In this document: positions 8,666 through 18,126 of the stretch, one piece after another
Position numbering within the stretch: the stretch's first letter is position 1
Layout: each line of letters starts with the position of its first letter
NCBI GenBank assembly: GCA_965205015.1
Contig: OZ242029.1
Span: forward strand, 3,232,001-3,296,000
Source of the DNA: Candidatus Poribacteria bacterium
GTDB taxonomy: Bacteria; Poribacteria; WGA-4E; WGA-3G
Reading direction: 5' to 3'
Length of the DNA stretch: 64,000 bases
Made by a program: the position numbers and the translations under genes
The notes under the pieces: generated by a model
Databases searched by the model: none
What the model was told of the DNA's origin: nothing
What the model saw: the letters and a program-made list of their open reading frames with translations, nothing else

Positions 8666-10303
8666 CTAAAAAGTAACGGCATACCCATCGGTTCTCGGAT
8701 CGGAACCTCCGATGAGCGCACCTGATTCAGGATGTACCATGATAGCCTGAGCACTCCCCGGACCCCCCCAATCACCGACGAGTTGAAGTTCATGTCCTTT
8801 TTCCGCTAAACCTGTTTGTGTGTCGGGAGAGAAGCGGGTTTCTAACTGGAGGTCATTGGAACAGGTGTGCGGGATAGTGGATTCCATGGGATTCTGCAAG
8901 CTCCGCCAACGCGGTGCAGAAACGGCTTCCTGCGGTGTCATCCCGAAATCAATCATGTGGGTAACGAGTTGTAGATTCGTTTGGACCTGTGTATCTGCGC
9001 CAGGGGTGCCACAGGCGATGAACGGTTGACCGTCCTTTGTAACAATGACGGGGTTCATGGTGTGGCGGACGCGTTTGCCCGGCATCAAGCAGTTGGGATG
9101 TCCCTCTTCCAAATGCCAATAGGTCATGCGATTGTTCAAGAGGATACCGGTGTCACCTGCTACGAGACTCGAGCCGAATCCTGACTGAATACTCTGCAGG
9201 ATGCAAACGAGGTTTCCCGCTTGATCCGCCGTGCAGAAACAGGTTGTATCTTCGTGCGCCTCTGGGCCACCCGCTGGCACATCAAAAGCCGCCTTATCTA
9301 AGTTGATACGTTCTGCTTGTTCAGCGGCGTAAGATTTGGATAGCATCCCTTCTATGGGAACATCCACCCACTCTGGATCCGCCATATATTTTTCCCGATC
9401 TGCGAAGGCGAGTTTCTTCGCCTCAACCATTAGATGCACACTTTCAGCGGTATTGCACCCTAAAGTTTGCAAATCGAATAACTCGACCATGTTCAATTCT
9501 TGGAGTAAGATATGCCCGCTTGAGTTAGGGGGCATTTCATAAACCTCGTATCCACGGTAGTTGACATGTATCGGATCAGCCCAATGTGCGTGGTAGTTCG
9601 CGAGATCCTCGGCTGTCAGAAGTCCGTCGTGGGCACGGCTGAATTCACCGATGGTTTTCGCAATTTCACCTTTGTAGAACACGTCTCTTCCGTGTTTGGC
9701 AATCTTTCGGAGCGTGGCACCAAGATTCGGATTTGATAGAAACTGACCTGAGGCGATGGGGGCACCATCGGTTGTAAAGATAGCGCGACTGTCTGGTTCG
9801 GCGGCGAAGCGGGCATTCTCGCCCTTAAGACCGTTAGCGAGTTTATGACTCACGGGAGCCCCTTCTTCGCAGAGCGAAATTGCTGGTGCGAAAACGTCTT
9901 CTAATTTGAGTGATCCGTAGCGTTCGTGTGCGAGGAGCCATGCGTCGACGATCCCCGGCACCGAAACACTCCGTATGCCTTTCATCGGGATCCCGCCGTC
10001 TTTGAGGTAGGTTTCTCGGGTAGCGGCACGCGGGGCGGGTCCGGTTCCATTCACCGCCTCGACCTGTCCGGTGTCCGCCCAATAAATGAGAATAAAACCG
10101 TCGCCTCCAAGTCCAGAACCAGCGGGTTCAACCATACCGAGGGCTACAGCGGTTGAGATAGCAGCATCGACGGCGTTGCCACCCGCCATCATTGTCTGAA
10201 TGCCGGCTTGTGAGGCAAGGACGTGTCCAGATGTAACCATGCCGTTTCTTCCCATTACAGAGGGACGAAACGCTGAAGCAGTAATACCGTGTGGAGATTG
10301 CAT
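8666..10303 (-). CDS. ggt: Gamma-glutamyltransferase family protein (no signal peptide)
   Basis: GGNAVDAA, PPNSSG, autoprocessing Thr (EDTTCF), GTPG and SDPR motifs. Confidence 0.9.
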   Translation of the reverse strand: MQSPHGITASAFRPSVMGRNGMVTSGHVLASQAGIQTMMAGGNAVDAAISTAVALGMVEPAGSGLGGDGFILIYWADTGQVEAVNGTGPAPRAATRETYLKDGGIPMKGIRSVSVPGIVDAWLLAHERYGSLKLEDVFAPAISLCEEGAPVSHKLANGLKGENARFAAEPDSRAIFTTDGAPIASGQFLSNPNLGATLRKIAKHGRDVFYKGEIAKTIGEFSRAHDGLLTAEDLANYHAHWADPIHVNYRGYEVYEMPPNSSGHILLQELNMVELFDLQTLGCNTAESVHLMVEAKKLAFADREKYMADPEWVDVPIEGMLSKSYAAEQAERINLDKAAFDVPAGGPEAHEDTTCFCTADQAGNLVCILQSIQSGFGSSLVAGDTGILLNNRMTYWHLEEGHPNCLMPGKRVRHTMNPVIVTKDGQPFIACGTPGADTQVQTNLQLVTHMIDFGMTPQEAVSAPRWRSLQNPMESTIPHTCSNDLQLETRFSPDTQTGLAEKGHELQLVGDWGGPGSAQAIMVHPESGALIGGSDPRTDGYAVTF

Positions 10304-10335
10304 TTTTTAATTTTCCTTGCGGTTCGTTCAGATTT

Positions 10336-11409
10336 TCACGAAGCGAGCATCTTCTTGGCGAACGCCTCAACATCAACTTTATCGTGCGTTCGAGCGGATT
10401 CGTTGCATGCTTCCATGAGGACCCACGTACCGAGCGTTGTGTCCTGCATCCAGTCCCGATCGGTTCCATTGGCAATCGCCTGCGCGAACGCATCAAACTG
10501 GAGACGGTCGTCTTCTATGAGACCGGCGTGCAGATCTTGGAGCGTTAAATCTTCAAGGGTTTTGCCGAGTCGGAAGAGTTGCAGGTGTCCTGCATCCCGT
10601 CGGAGGTCTCCGTCCTCGCCGTGAAAGGTCCAGTGTCCGCTCCACCCGAACGGAGTTGTATGTGCTGCCCGTGTTCCTGCGTAAGAGAAAGGTGCGCCGT
10701 TGGCATACTCCATGAGCGCGTTCCCGCCGGCAGTTCCCCAAGCTTCAATCTGTCCGAGTTCTGGATCTCGTCGATGATGGACATGGGCGGTAACGTACTT
10801 CGGAAGTCCTTTCGCGGCAACAAGTTGATCGAGTTGGTGGCTCGTGCCGGCGTGGAAGAAAAGCCCATCAACATAGGCATCGGGTTGCCGAGAATCTGGA
10901 CCTGTATATAAGTTTTGGCGGATCCAGAATCGACATTCTCCCGCTAACATCTCACCGATGCCACCCTCTTCTCGGAGCCACTCTCGCATTTTCGCTGCAG
11001 CGGGGTTCCACCGCTTGTTCTGCCCCTGGACGAGCATCAAGTTAGGGTTCGCTTTATGTGCGCGTATAATGTCGTGGAATTCTGCCTGTGTCGTTGCGAT
11101 GGGTTTGACACAGAGGGTATGCATGCCGAGATTCAAACTTTCAACAATTAATTTGGCATGAACGGTCGTTGAGGCATAGATAAGACATGCCTGCGCGTCG
11201 TGTTTCTCCTTCGCCTCGGTTATTGTCGTATAGATACGATCCGCAAGGTAATCAGGGACGTCCCCTTCTAAACCTGCTATAGCTTCCCGAGCAGCAGGGA
11301 GGTTAATGTCCACACAGGCAACGGGATTAAGACCCTTTGAATTGATTTGCGCTTGTAGGCGACCGTGCGCGAAATGGGTACATCCGACATGAATAGTAGG
11401 AATCGGCAT
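10336..11409 (-). CDS. Gfo/Idh/MocA-family oxidoreductase
   Basis: LCVKPIA (EKP-like) motif, N-terminal Rossmann-like region, HQLD motif. Confidence 0.75.
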   Translation of the reverse strand: MPIPTIHVGCTHFAHGRLQAQINSKGLNPVACVDINLPAAREAIAGLEGDVPDYLADRIYTTITEAKEKHDAQACLIYASTTVHAKLIVESLNLGMHTLCVKPIATTQAEFHDIIRAHKANPNLMLVQGQNKRWNPAAAKMREWLREEGGIGEMLAGECRFWIRQNLYTGPDSRQPDAYVDGLFFHAGTSHQLDQLVAAKGLPKYVTAHVHHRRDPELGQIEAWGTAGGNALMEYANGAPFSYAGTRAAHTTPFGWSGHWTFHGEDGDLRRDAGHLQLFRLGKTLEDLTLQDLHAGLIEDDRLQFDAFAQAIANGTDRDWMQDTTLGTWVLMEACNESARTHDKVDVEAFAKKMLAS

Positions 11410-11429
11410 TTGTGAGTCTCCTTGTATTG

Positions 11430-11562
11430 GCTATCGGTTTCCTTCAGCAATCGGCTTTCAGCAAGAGGGTTATCGGTTTTCGGTTAAAAGGGTGTTTGGT
11501 AAAATCAGAGTTCTCTTTACCCCAAAACCCTTCTGACGGCTGACCGCCGAGAGCCGATCGCC
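11430..11562. repeat. Intergenic low-complexity inverted repeat element (TCGGTT/TCAGC ... CTGACGGCTGACCGCCGA)
   Basis: A similar element sits at about 18030-18110. Confidence 0.45.
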
Positions 11563-11582
11563 AATTTGGTATATGTTCGCGC

Positions 11583-12737
11583 TTAGGATACCTCAACGAC
11601 AGGTGGGTTAATGAAATCGTGATATTTCTGCGCTACGTTTCCAACTTTAGCATCACCCGCATGGATAAGCACGCGGAACCGGAAGTGCATCTCTTCACCT
11701 TCTTTGAGTGTATAGGAACCATCCTTGGCAGGATCCCTTTCAAAAGTGCCGCCTCCGAATATATTGCTTCCCATGAGCCCGTAATTGCGCACGTGCCAAT
11801 ACGTCGGATAGCGCGGGTTAACAATATGATCGAACACAGCGATACCCACAGGCGTTCCATCGACAACACCGGAATAATCGCACCAGTTCGCACGTTTACC
11901 CCAGGTTTCTGTCTCATTGATACCGCCAAAGGCATTTTCTATCTGTCCGCCATCTGAAGCGTTCATCGACGGATGCACCCGAATTGAAATAATACCCCCC
12001 TCCTTGGTATCTCCGAAATGGACATCCCCGGCGGAAGCGATAAAACTGAGATCGAGATCAAGAAGTGCGGCATCTTCAGGTAGATTGTAGATGCGATAAT
12101 TCTGCACGTCCGTCATCAAAACCTCTCCCGCTTGTGTTTGCCAACTATTCTGCGTATAAAGTCTACCGACGACAGCCCCACCCTGTTTTTCTGTGAAGTC
12201 TTGGTGGACAACCTTTCCAGAGTTACTACCTTCACCCCATAAGTCAACATCATTGACTTCGCCGTAGGCGACGTAGAGGGACCGGTGGTGGACGTGGTCT
12301 TTTGAGATGTCGCTCGTTTCACCGCGTGTTACTTCGCGTCCGTTCGGACCGAGAACCGGAAAGAAATACGGACGAAACTGCGCTTTTGCGTAGCGAAATG
12401 TTGTAAAATGTCGGTCATTGAGCGTTACGGTTATCGTTTCGGTTTCTTCTTTTAACTGAACGCCTGTCTCGCCAGCAACACTTCCTTCCGATAGGGTGTA
12501 GCTCCGCGATTCACCAGCGGCGAGTCCGTCGAGTATCCAGGTTAAGGTCGTCGTACCGTCCTCGTCAGCGTAACACTGTGCTGAGATGACATCACCGGAT
12601 GCAACATCTGTTAAAGTAACGGCACGATCGTAGAGTTGGCTCACGCCGGGATGGTTAACATTAACGCTAACAGGGCATCCATCCCGATTGTGAAAACCCG
12701 CGTTAACGGTAAACGTCGGAAGATTCTGATTCGACAT
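11583..12737 (-). CDS. DUF6807/'PmoA-family' hypothetical protein (not methane monooxygenase)
   Basis: RPYFFPV.GP.G...TR, DHVHHRSL, WGKRANWCDYSG and WHVRNYGL motifs; start placed at ATG 12737 after GGAAGGAG. Confidence 0.75.
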   Translation of the reverse strand: MSNQNLPTFTVNAGFHNRDGCPVSVNVNHPGVSQLYDRAVTLTDVASGDVISAQCYADEDGTTTLTWILDGLAAGESRSYTLSEGSVAGETGVQLKEETETITVTLNDRHFTTFRYAKAQFRPYFFPVLGPNGREVTRGETSDISKDHVHHRSLYVAYGEVNDVDLWGEGSNSGKVVHQDFTEKQGGAVVGRLYTQNSWQTQAGEVLMTDVQNYRIYNLPEDAALLDLDLSFIASAGDVHFGDTKEGGIISIRVHPSMNASDGGQIENAFGGINETETWGKRANWCDYSGVVDGTPVGIAVFDHIVNPRYPTYWHVRNYGLMGSNIFGGGTFERDPAKDGSYTLKEGEEMHFRFRVLIHAGDAKVGNVAQKYHDFINPPVVEVS

Positions 12738-12872
12738 AAATCTCCTTCCTCGTATCTTGATTCCTCTCAAAAATTTTCCTAAGTAGCGAAAGGGACAATA
12801 ATTCTATTTGTAAGTGCCATACAGTTTTTAGGTGTGGCTCTGGTTGTTTAAAGGGGTGCCTTCCCCCGTTGA

Positions 12873-13226
12873 TTAGCTTTCCTCACCGGTTAGCGCGAGG
12901 ATTCCCTCTTCTTCGCTATTGTAATTTTCAAAGACGCTCATTAAGCGGCCGAGGATGAGAAGGTTACGGATATGCGCGCCTGCGTTGACGAGTGCCGTCC
13001 GCCCGCCTTTACGGGAAACCGTCACGTTCACAGATACCAACGTGCCGAGACCGCTACTATCCATACGGGTAACATTCTCAAGGTTAAAGATAACCTTTGG
13101 GGAGTCAAAATGCTCCTCGAGTTCCTCATTAATTTGCTCTCTGATTTCAGCATTTGCTGCACCGATCATACGGCCCGTGGGTCGAATCACGATGACCCCT
13201 TCTCTTTGACGGATTTCTGCTAACAT
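12873..13226 (-). CDS. STAS-domain anti-sigma factor antagonist
   Basis: NLENVTRMDSSGLGTL motif, 117 aa. Confidence 0.9.
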   Translation of the reverse strand: MLAEIRQREGVIVIRPTGRMIGAANAEIREQINEELEEHFDSPKVIFNLENVTRMDSSGLGTLVSVNVTVSRKGGRTALVNAGAHIRNLLILGRLMSVFENYNSEEEGILALTGEES

Positions 13227-13356
13227 CTATTCTCCTTTTTTAATTGTTTGCGTTGTGACCCTGATATGGGGTTGAAGTTAATATTCTAACAAAAGATATT
13301 TGATAGGTTAATATAGTTAATTTCCAAAATTTTGTCAAGATTCTCAACAGTTTTCT

Positions 13357-14814
13357 TTAACGTCCAGCGGATGGCGGAGGGGGCCAGTGAAGTCCGCGTT
13401 GACCTGATAAGGCACGGTTGGGAGACGGACGATACTCGCGATCAGGCAAGCCGACAAGTTTACCGTCTTGTATCCAATCTTTATCGTCTCCGTAGAGTTC
13501 GCCTATGAGATGGTTTGTCAAGCGTTCGAGAATCTCAGCATGCGCCGGTGAATTGGCGAGGTCGTTCAATTCCCTCGGATCCTCTTCCAGATCAAAAAGT
13601 TGACGGTGGTTTCCGGTCGCATAGTAAATCAGCTTGAAACGTCCGTCATGAATCATTCGGGTCGCGCTGCCGCCTTCACCAATCTCGCCATACAACCAAT
13701 CGCGCTTTTCATCACCCACCATCGGGATGCCATCTACGGTATTTGGAATGTCAATTCCTGCCAGATGAAGGAGTGTCGGCATGACATCTTGCCATCCGAC
13801 GAGCCGGTCGTCTACGTTGTGATGTCCTACGCGTTCATCGCCTGCGGTGCCGACGAGGAGCATAGGAACATTGGCGGAATCCTCATAATAGAGTCGTTTC
13901 GCCCACATCCGATGATTTCCGAGCATGTCGCCGTGATCTGACGTGAAGAGCAGGATTGTGTTGTTCAACAGTCCTTCCTCCCGTAGCGTACCGATAACAA
14001 CGCGCAATTGATGGTCGATATGTGTGCAGAGGGCATAAAACGCTTGGCGTGCTGAACGAATCTGATCTTCTGTAAAATGCTCGTCCTGTTTCTGTCGTGC
14101 TTTTAGGGGTAACGGGAGTCGTTCGTTTTGCTGTGCCCATTCACCACAGTATGGCATGTCCACGTCAATATCGCGATACATGTCCATGTAGCACTGAAGG
14201 GGTGCCAAAGGCGGATGTGGATGGCAATAGGAGAGATACCAGAATCCGGGACGTGTTGGGTCGCGACGTTTAATCATGCGCACCATTTGCTGCGTGCTCC
14301 AGTTTGTGACGTGACAGTCTTCAGGGAGATGCCAGGGACGATTGAGATAATCGTTGTTGCACATCCCGTGCGCGAACTGTTGACCTGCATAGCCTCTGTC
14401 GCCGAGGAAAAGCTCATAGTCATCGACCACGCCGTGCTGGAGTCTGCCTTCCTCACCTAACAGCACATCGTCGAAACCGATGCGGTCACGCTGGGGATAG
14501 ATATGCAACTTGCCGACCGCGTAGGCTTGATACCCCGCATTCCGGAAGGTCTGTGCGATTGTTGGGAGTCCATTTAATCCTTGCCGATCGTTGAAAACCC
14601 TGTCTTTATGGGTTCGTGTTGTTGTGCCGGTCATCAACGTTTTCCGCGCTGGAACGCAGACGGGACATTCGCTGTAGCCTCGCGTGAAGCGGGTACCCGC
14701 ACGAGCAAGCGTGTCAAGCGTCGGTGTTTGGATGGCAGGATGCCCATTGACGCCTAATAACGAGTTGGGCCAATGGTCAGTTGAGATGAGTAGGACGTGT
14801 GGTTTGTCGCGCAT
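13357..14814 (-). CDS. Sulfatase (choline-sulfatase/arylsulfatase-like)
   Basis: CVPAR formylglycine motif, GKLH, HPH.P and SDHGDMLG motifs. Confidence 0.92.
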   Translation of the reverse strand: MRDKPHVLLISTDHWPNSLLGVNGHPAIQTPTLDTLARAGTRFTRGYSECPVCVPARKTLMTGTTTRTHKDRVFNDRQGLNGLPTIAQTFRNAGYQAYAVGKLHIYPQRDRIGFDDVLLGEEGRLQHGVVDDYELFLGDRGYAGQQFAHGMCNNDYLNRPWHLPEDCHVTNWSTQQMVRMIKRRDPTRPGFWYLSYCHPHPPLAPLQCYMDMYRDIDVDMPYCGEWAQQNERLPLPLKARQKQDEHFTEDQIRSARQAFYALCTHIDHQLRVVIGTLREEGLLNNTILLFTSDHGDMLGNHRMWAKRLYYEDSANVPMLLVGTAGDERVGHHNVDDRLVGWQDVMPTLLHLAGIDIPNTVDGIPMVGDEKRDWLYGEIGEGGSATRMIHDGRFKLIYYATGNHRQLFDLEEDPRELNDLANSPAHAEILERLTNHLIGELYGDDKDWIQDGKLVGLPDREYRPSPNRALSGQRGLHWPPPPSAGR

Positions 14815-14826
14815 GGTTTTCCTTTC

Positions 14827-15603
14827 TTACCGGTCATATCGCGCAAAATAGAAGGTTATGAGCGGTTCATTGGTATCATTGATGAGGCTATGTCCTGGAT
14901 TTGACGAAGCTACAGAGACAGCATCGCCCGGCATCTGTCGATAAACATTCTTGCTAACAACGTGGATGCCATTGCCTTCAAGCATGTACCAGACCTCGTC
15001 CATATCGGGACCGTGACCGTGTGTATCAGGTGTCTGCATCGCTTCAATTCGAACCACCAACACAGAATGCAGGACCACTAAACCGTCGTCTTGACCGAAA
15101 ATCGGATGTACCAGATGCGTCCAATGCCCCTGTCCTAATGGTCGTTCGCGGTAGTTCCGTATGAGGGCATCCTTTCGAGGTGCCTCTACGCCATCAGGGA
15201 GCACCTCTTCCAACATCAGGAATTCCAACGGTGCGCCATCCGGATTTTCCAAGACGTGATTGAGTCCGGGAGGCACGAGGATTGCATCGCCTTCCCCGAC
15301 CTGCTGTTTCAAGTTTCCTGCCTTGAATATACCGGAACCCTCAACGATGTAAAAAATAAGCTGTCGATCGTCGAGTGCTGTGGGAACTGAAGCGATCTTC
15401 GGTTCAAGGTAACATCGGGAGAAACTGTCAACATACCTTAGAATTGCTCCCTCTGTGTCTGCGGCGTCCTCTGTCCTTTTACTAAATATCTCGCGTTTAA
15501 TGATGTTGCCGTGCGTTAGACTTGAAGGGCTCTGTAACCAATGTCGCATATACATTGTGAAGTGCCTCCGGTGTATATCAATTGGGTGAACAACGTTCGT
15601 CAA
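14827..15603 (-). CDS. Bicupin-domain protein
   Basis: Two cupin motifs (GDAILVPPGLNH; HGH....DEVWY...G...PGD......GHSLIN). Confidence 0.8.
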   Translation of the reverse strand: MTNVVHPIDIHRRHFTMYMRHWLQSPSSLTHGNIIKREIFSKRTEDAADTEGAILRYVDSFSRCYLEPKIASVPTALDDRQLIFYIVEGSGIFKAGNLKQQVGEGDAILVPPGLNHVLENPDGAPLEFLMLEEVLPDGVEAPRKDALIRNYRERPLGQGHWTHLVHPIFGQDDGLVVLHSVLVVRIEAMQTPDTHGHGPDMDEVWYMLEGNGIHVVSKNVYRQMPGDAVSVASSNPGHSLINDTNEPLITFYFARYDR

Positions 15604-15623
15604 ATTCGATTCATATCATATTC

Positions 15624-15858
15624 AGGATTTACGCAAATTTGTATCCTGCGACGCAATTATAGTAAAGTTTAGAATTAATTAGACACTTTAAAGAGGCGAG
15701 GATACAATCCTCGCCAGCGGCGGAGAGGATTGTTTCGCTAAGCAACTGTCTACATATTTTTCGACTTTACTATAATTGTTCAGGTCCTAAGAATGCGCAA
15801 TGAATTGCGCTACTACGAACCAAAGATTGCCAAAAAATAAGCGAACTGCGTAAGTCCT
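15624..15858. mobile_element. Nested MITE/REP structure: outer AGGA(T/C)TTACGCA...TGCGTAAGTCCT element enclosing an inner element with 15-bp terminal inverted repeats
   Basis: Inner TIR CAATTATAGTAAAGT (15654) / ACTTTACTATAATTG (15778) around a GGCGAGGAT..ATCCTCGCC hairpin. A related inner element is at 53838-53945; related outer elements are at 21119-21209 and 45107-45184. Confidence 0.65.
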
Positions 15859-15905
15859 AATATTATCAAAAGTCGTGACAATTGGCAAGGGAAAAAGTTT
15901 CTCGA

Positions 15906-17036
15906 TTATATCTGCATCACTATGGTATTTGTTAGATAGGGGGAATCAAATTCTGTCATGCAGTCTGCGTTGCATCCTGGGACCGGAAAAAGGCGTACCG
16001 ATAGCGGTTTGTTTAACTGTATGGAGAGCGTGGCGACATCCGTGAGAATAGAGGTAATTTGAGATATCGAAGCATTACCGGGGATCGGAATGGTATCCAA
16101 CCCCGTCCCACAGACAGTGGAATAAAGGAGGAGGCTGTCGAGGTTAAAATAACCCGCTTCACTCCGCTTCCCGAGTCCAACATCTTCAAGAACAGGGAGC
16201 ATTAACCCAGAATATCCGCAGAGGGGTAGTGAGAGGGATCGAAGTGTTCGCGTCAAACCTGCAGCGACTGTTAGCGTGCCGCGCTCGCCAAAGTGACCGG
16301 GAAGTTGCTCTTCCATCGCATAAGCGATACTCTCATCCCCCATGGGTGCGGGGGACACATCTATACCGACAAACTTCACGCCCCACTCTTGTGCGAAGGT
16401 TTCTGCGAGCGTGACAATCTTCTGTCCTTCAGCCTCCATGAGGGTCTTCAGATTCTGCAATGCGCTTTCCAAATTAGGGGCATCTGTGAACGCCTGTTGC
16501 ACAAGATCCGCCGCCTGCCATCCGATACCGAAGTTGGTTCGGGTGTCCTGCCAGAAGGCAGCTGGAAAAAAAGGCGTATTTGGTGGACAGTTCATCAACG
16601 CTGCAAAACGAAGGTTGCCATAGCCAGCATCGGTTCGATGCGCAATTTGCTGAATGACCTCAGCGGTGTTTTCCACTATCTCCGATGCGACACGTCCAGA
16701 CTGCGTCGTAAGGGTGACGGTAGCGAAGATTATCTCGCTTTGGGTGATTACATCAGCAAGGCGAGCAATATGCGCTTCGGTGTGCCGTTTTCCGGGTAGG
16801 ATTGTTCCTAAGTTCAGGAACTCGATCCCTAAAGCCTGGGCATCGGATTCCAATCTGAGAATTGTGTCTACGTCCCGGGGTTCATCCCAAATTTGACAAC
16901 TTACACGTGTGGTTTGGACTTCGTAGCCGTTCGACTCAAAATAGGTTTGACAGGCGGCGTTAAATTTTGCTGCACGTTGAAGTTGGTATGGCGAAAAAGG
17001 GAGTGGAATGCCTGTGGTAATCGTTCGGATTTTCAT
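15906..17036 (-). CDS. DUF711 family protein
   Basis: MKIRTIT start, PFFPAA, CGYSGLMLPVLED and SxVCGTGLDTIPIPG motifs. Confidence 0.85.
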   Translation of the reverse strand: MKIRTITTGIPLPFSPYQLQRAAKFNAACQTYFESNGYEVQTTRVSCQIWDEPRDVDTILRLESDAQALGIEFLNLGTILPGKRHTEAHIARLADVITQSEIIFATVTLTTQSGRVASEIVENTAEVIQQIAHRTDAGYGNLRFAALMNCPPNTPFFPAAFWQDTRTNFGIGWQAADLVQQAFTDAPNLESALQNLKTLMEAEGQKIVTLAETFAQEWGVKFVGIDVSPAPMGDESIAYAMEEQLPGHFGERGTLTVAAGLTRTLRSLSLPLCGYSGLMLPVLEDVGLGKRSEAGYFNLDSLLLYSTVCGTGLDTIPIPGNASISQITSILTDVATLSIQLNKPLSVRLFPVPGCNADCMTEFDSPYLTNTIVMQI

Positions 17037-17052
17037 GTTGATCTATAACCTA

Positions 17053-18024
17053 TCAGGCAGGATCTTCGCCATAGAGTCCGATGTGCCGATAACGTTCATG
17101 CCTTTGTTGGATCAGTTGTTGCGGTGTCATCTGCATCAATTCGGTGAGGTGTTTACGAACTGCGCGTTTGACGTTGCGTGCGGAGGCTTCCGCGTCTCTG
17201 TGTGCACCGCCGAGCGGTTCACGAATAACTTGGTCAATAATCTCTAATTTAAGCAGGTCTGGTGCCGTCGGTTTATAGCCTTCAGTTGCTTCGGGCGCGT
17301 GTTCGCCTTTATCCTTCCACACGATGCCGCTGCAGGCTTCAGGGGGTGCGACACAGTAGACGGCGTACTCCATCATCAAGACGCGATTTCCAACTGCGAT
17401 TGCCAAAGCACCGCCACTGCCACCTTCACCGATGATAACGACCAGGATCGGAACACGCATCAACATCATTTCAGCGAGGTTCTCAGCGATCGCCATTGCC
17501 TGTCCGTATTCCTCGGAACGGAGATCAAAGTGTGCCCCCGGTGTGTCAACAAAACAGATTAACGGACGGTTGAATTTATCAGCTAACTGCATCAATCGTC
17601 TTGCCTTGCGATAACCCTCCGGATGCGTGTATCCGAAATTCATCTCCTGTCGCTCTTCGAGATTCGTGCCTTTTTGCTGTGCAAGGTAGACAAGCGGTTG
17701 TCCATCGAACCAAGCAAAACCCCCAATGAGTGCCCGATCGTCGCCGTAGAGTTTATCGCTGTGAAGCTCAACATGTTCATCGAAAAGTGCGTTAATATAA
17801 AAGGGGGCTTGTGGGCGTTGCGGATGCCGTGCTAACCGGACTTTATCCCAGCGACTTAGTTTTTGGAACGTTTGCCGTGTAAGCGTATTCGTATTCTGCT
17901 TTAGCGCCGACATCCCTTCTTTCAGGTCTAATTCAGGATGTGCTTGCGCGAAGGCTTCCAGTCGCGCAAGGTGCCGTTCTAATTCGATGAACGGCTTTTC
18001 AAATTCCAGATCTGTTGTGTTCAT
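17053..18024 (-). CDS. accA: Acetyl-CoA carboxylase carboxyltransferase alpha subunit
   Basis: LEFEKP, ARHPQRP, PEGYRKA.RLM, DTPGA and GEGGSGGALA motifs. Confidence 0.95.
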   Translation of the reverse strand: MNTTDLEFEKPFIELERHLARLEAFAQAHPELDLKEGMSALKQNTNTLTRQTFQKLSRWDKVRLARHPQRPQAPFYINALFDEHVELHSDKLYGDDRALIGGFAWFDGQPLVYLAQQKGTNLEERQEMNFGYTHPEGYRKARRLMQLADKFNRPLICFVDTPGAHFDLRSEEYGQAMAIAENLAEMMLMRVPILVVIIGEGGSGGALAIAVGNRVLMMEYAVYCVAPPEACSGIVWKDKGEHAPEATEGYKPTAPDLLKLEIIDQVIREPLGGAHRDAEASARNVKRAVRKHLTELMQMTPQQLIQQRHERYRHIGLYGEDPA

Positions 18025-18126
18025 ATTTGTTGGCTTTCGGTTTTCGGCGGTCGGTTAAAAGATGTTGATTTAATCAAAGCCTCTTAACCGACTACCAGTG
18101 ACCATTCTTTTGACAGTCAATTGCTA

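Noticed and set aside
11583-12737. Methane monooxygenase implied by the 'PmoA' family label
   Set aside because: It is a soluble protein without TM helices and there is no pmoB/pmoC; the label is a family name only.
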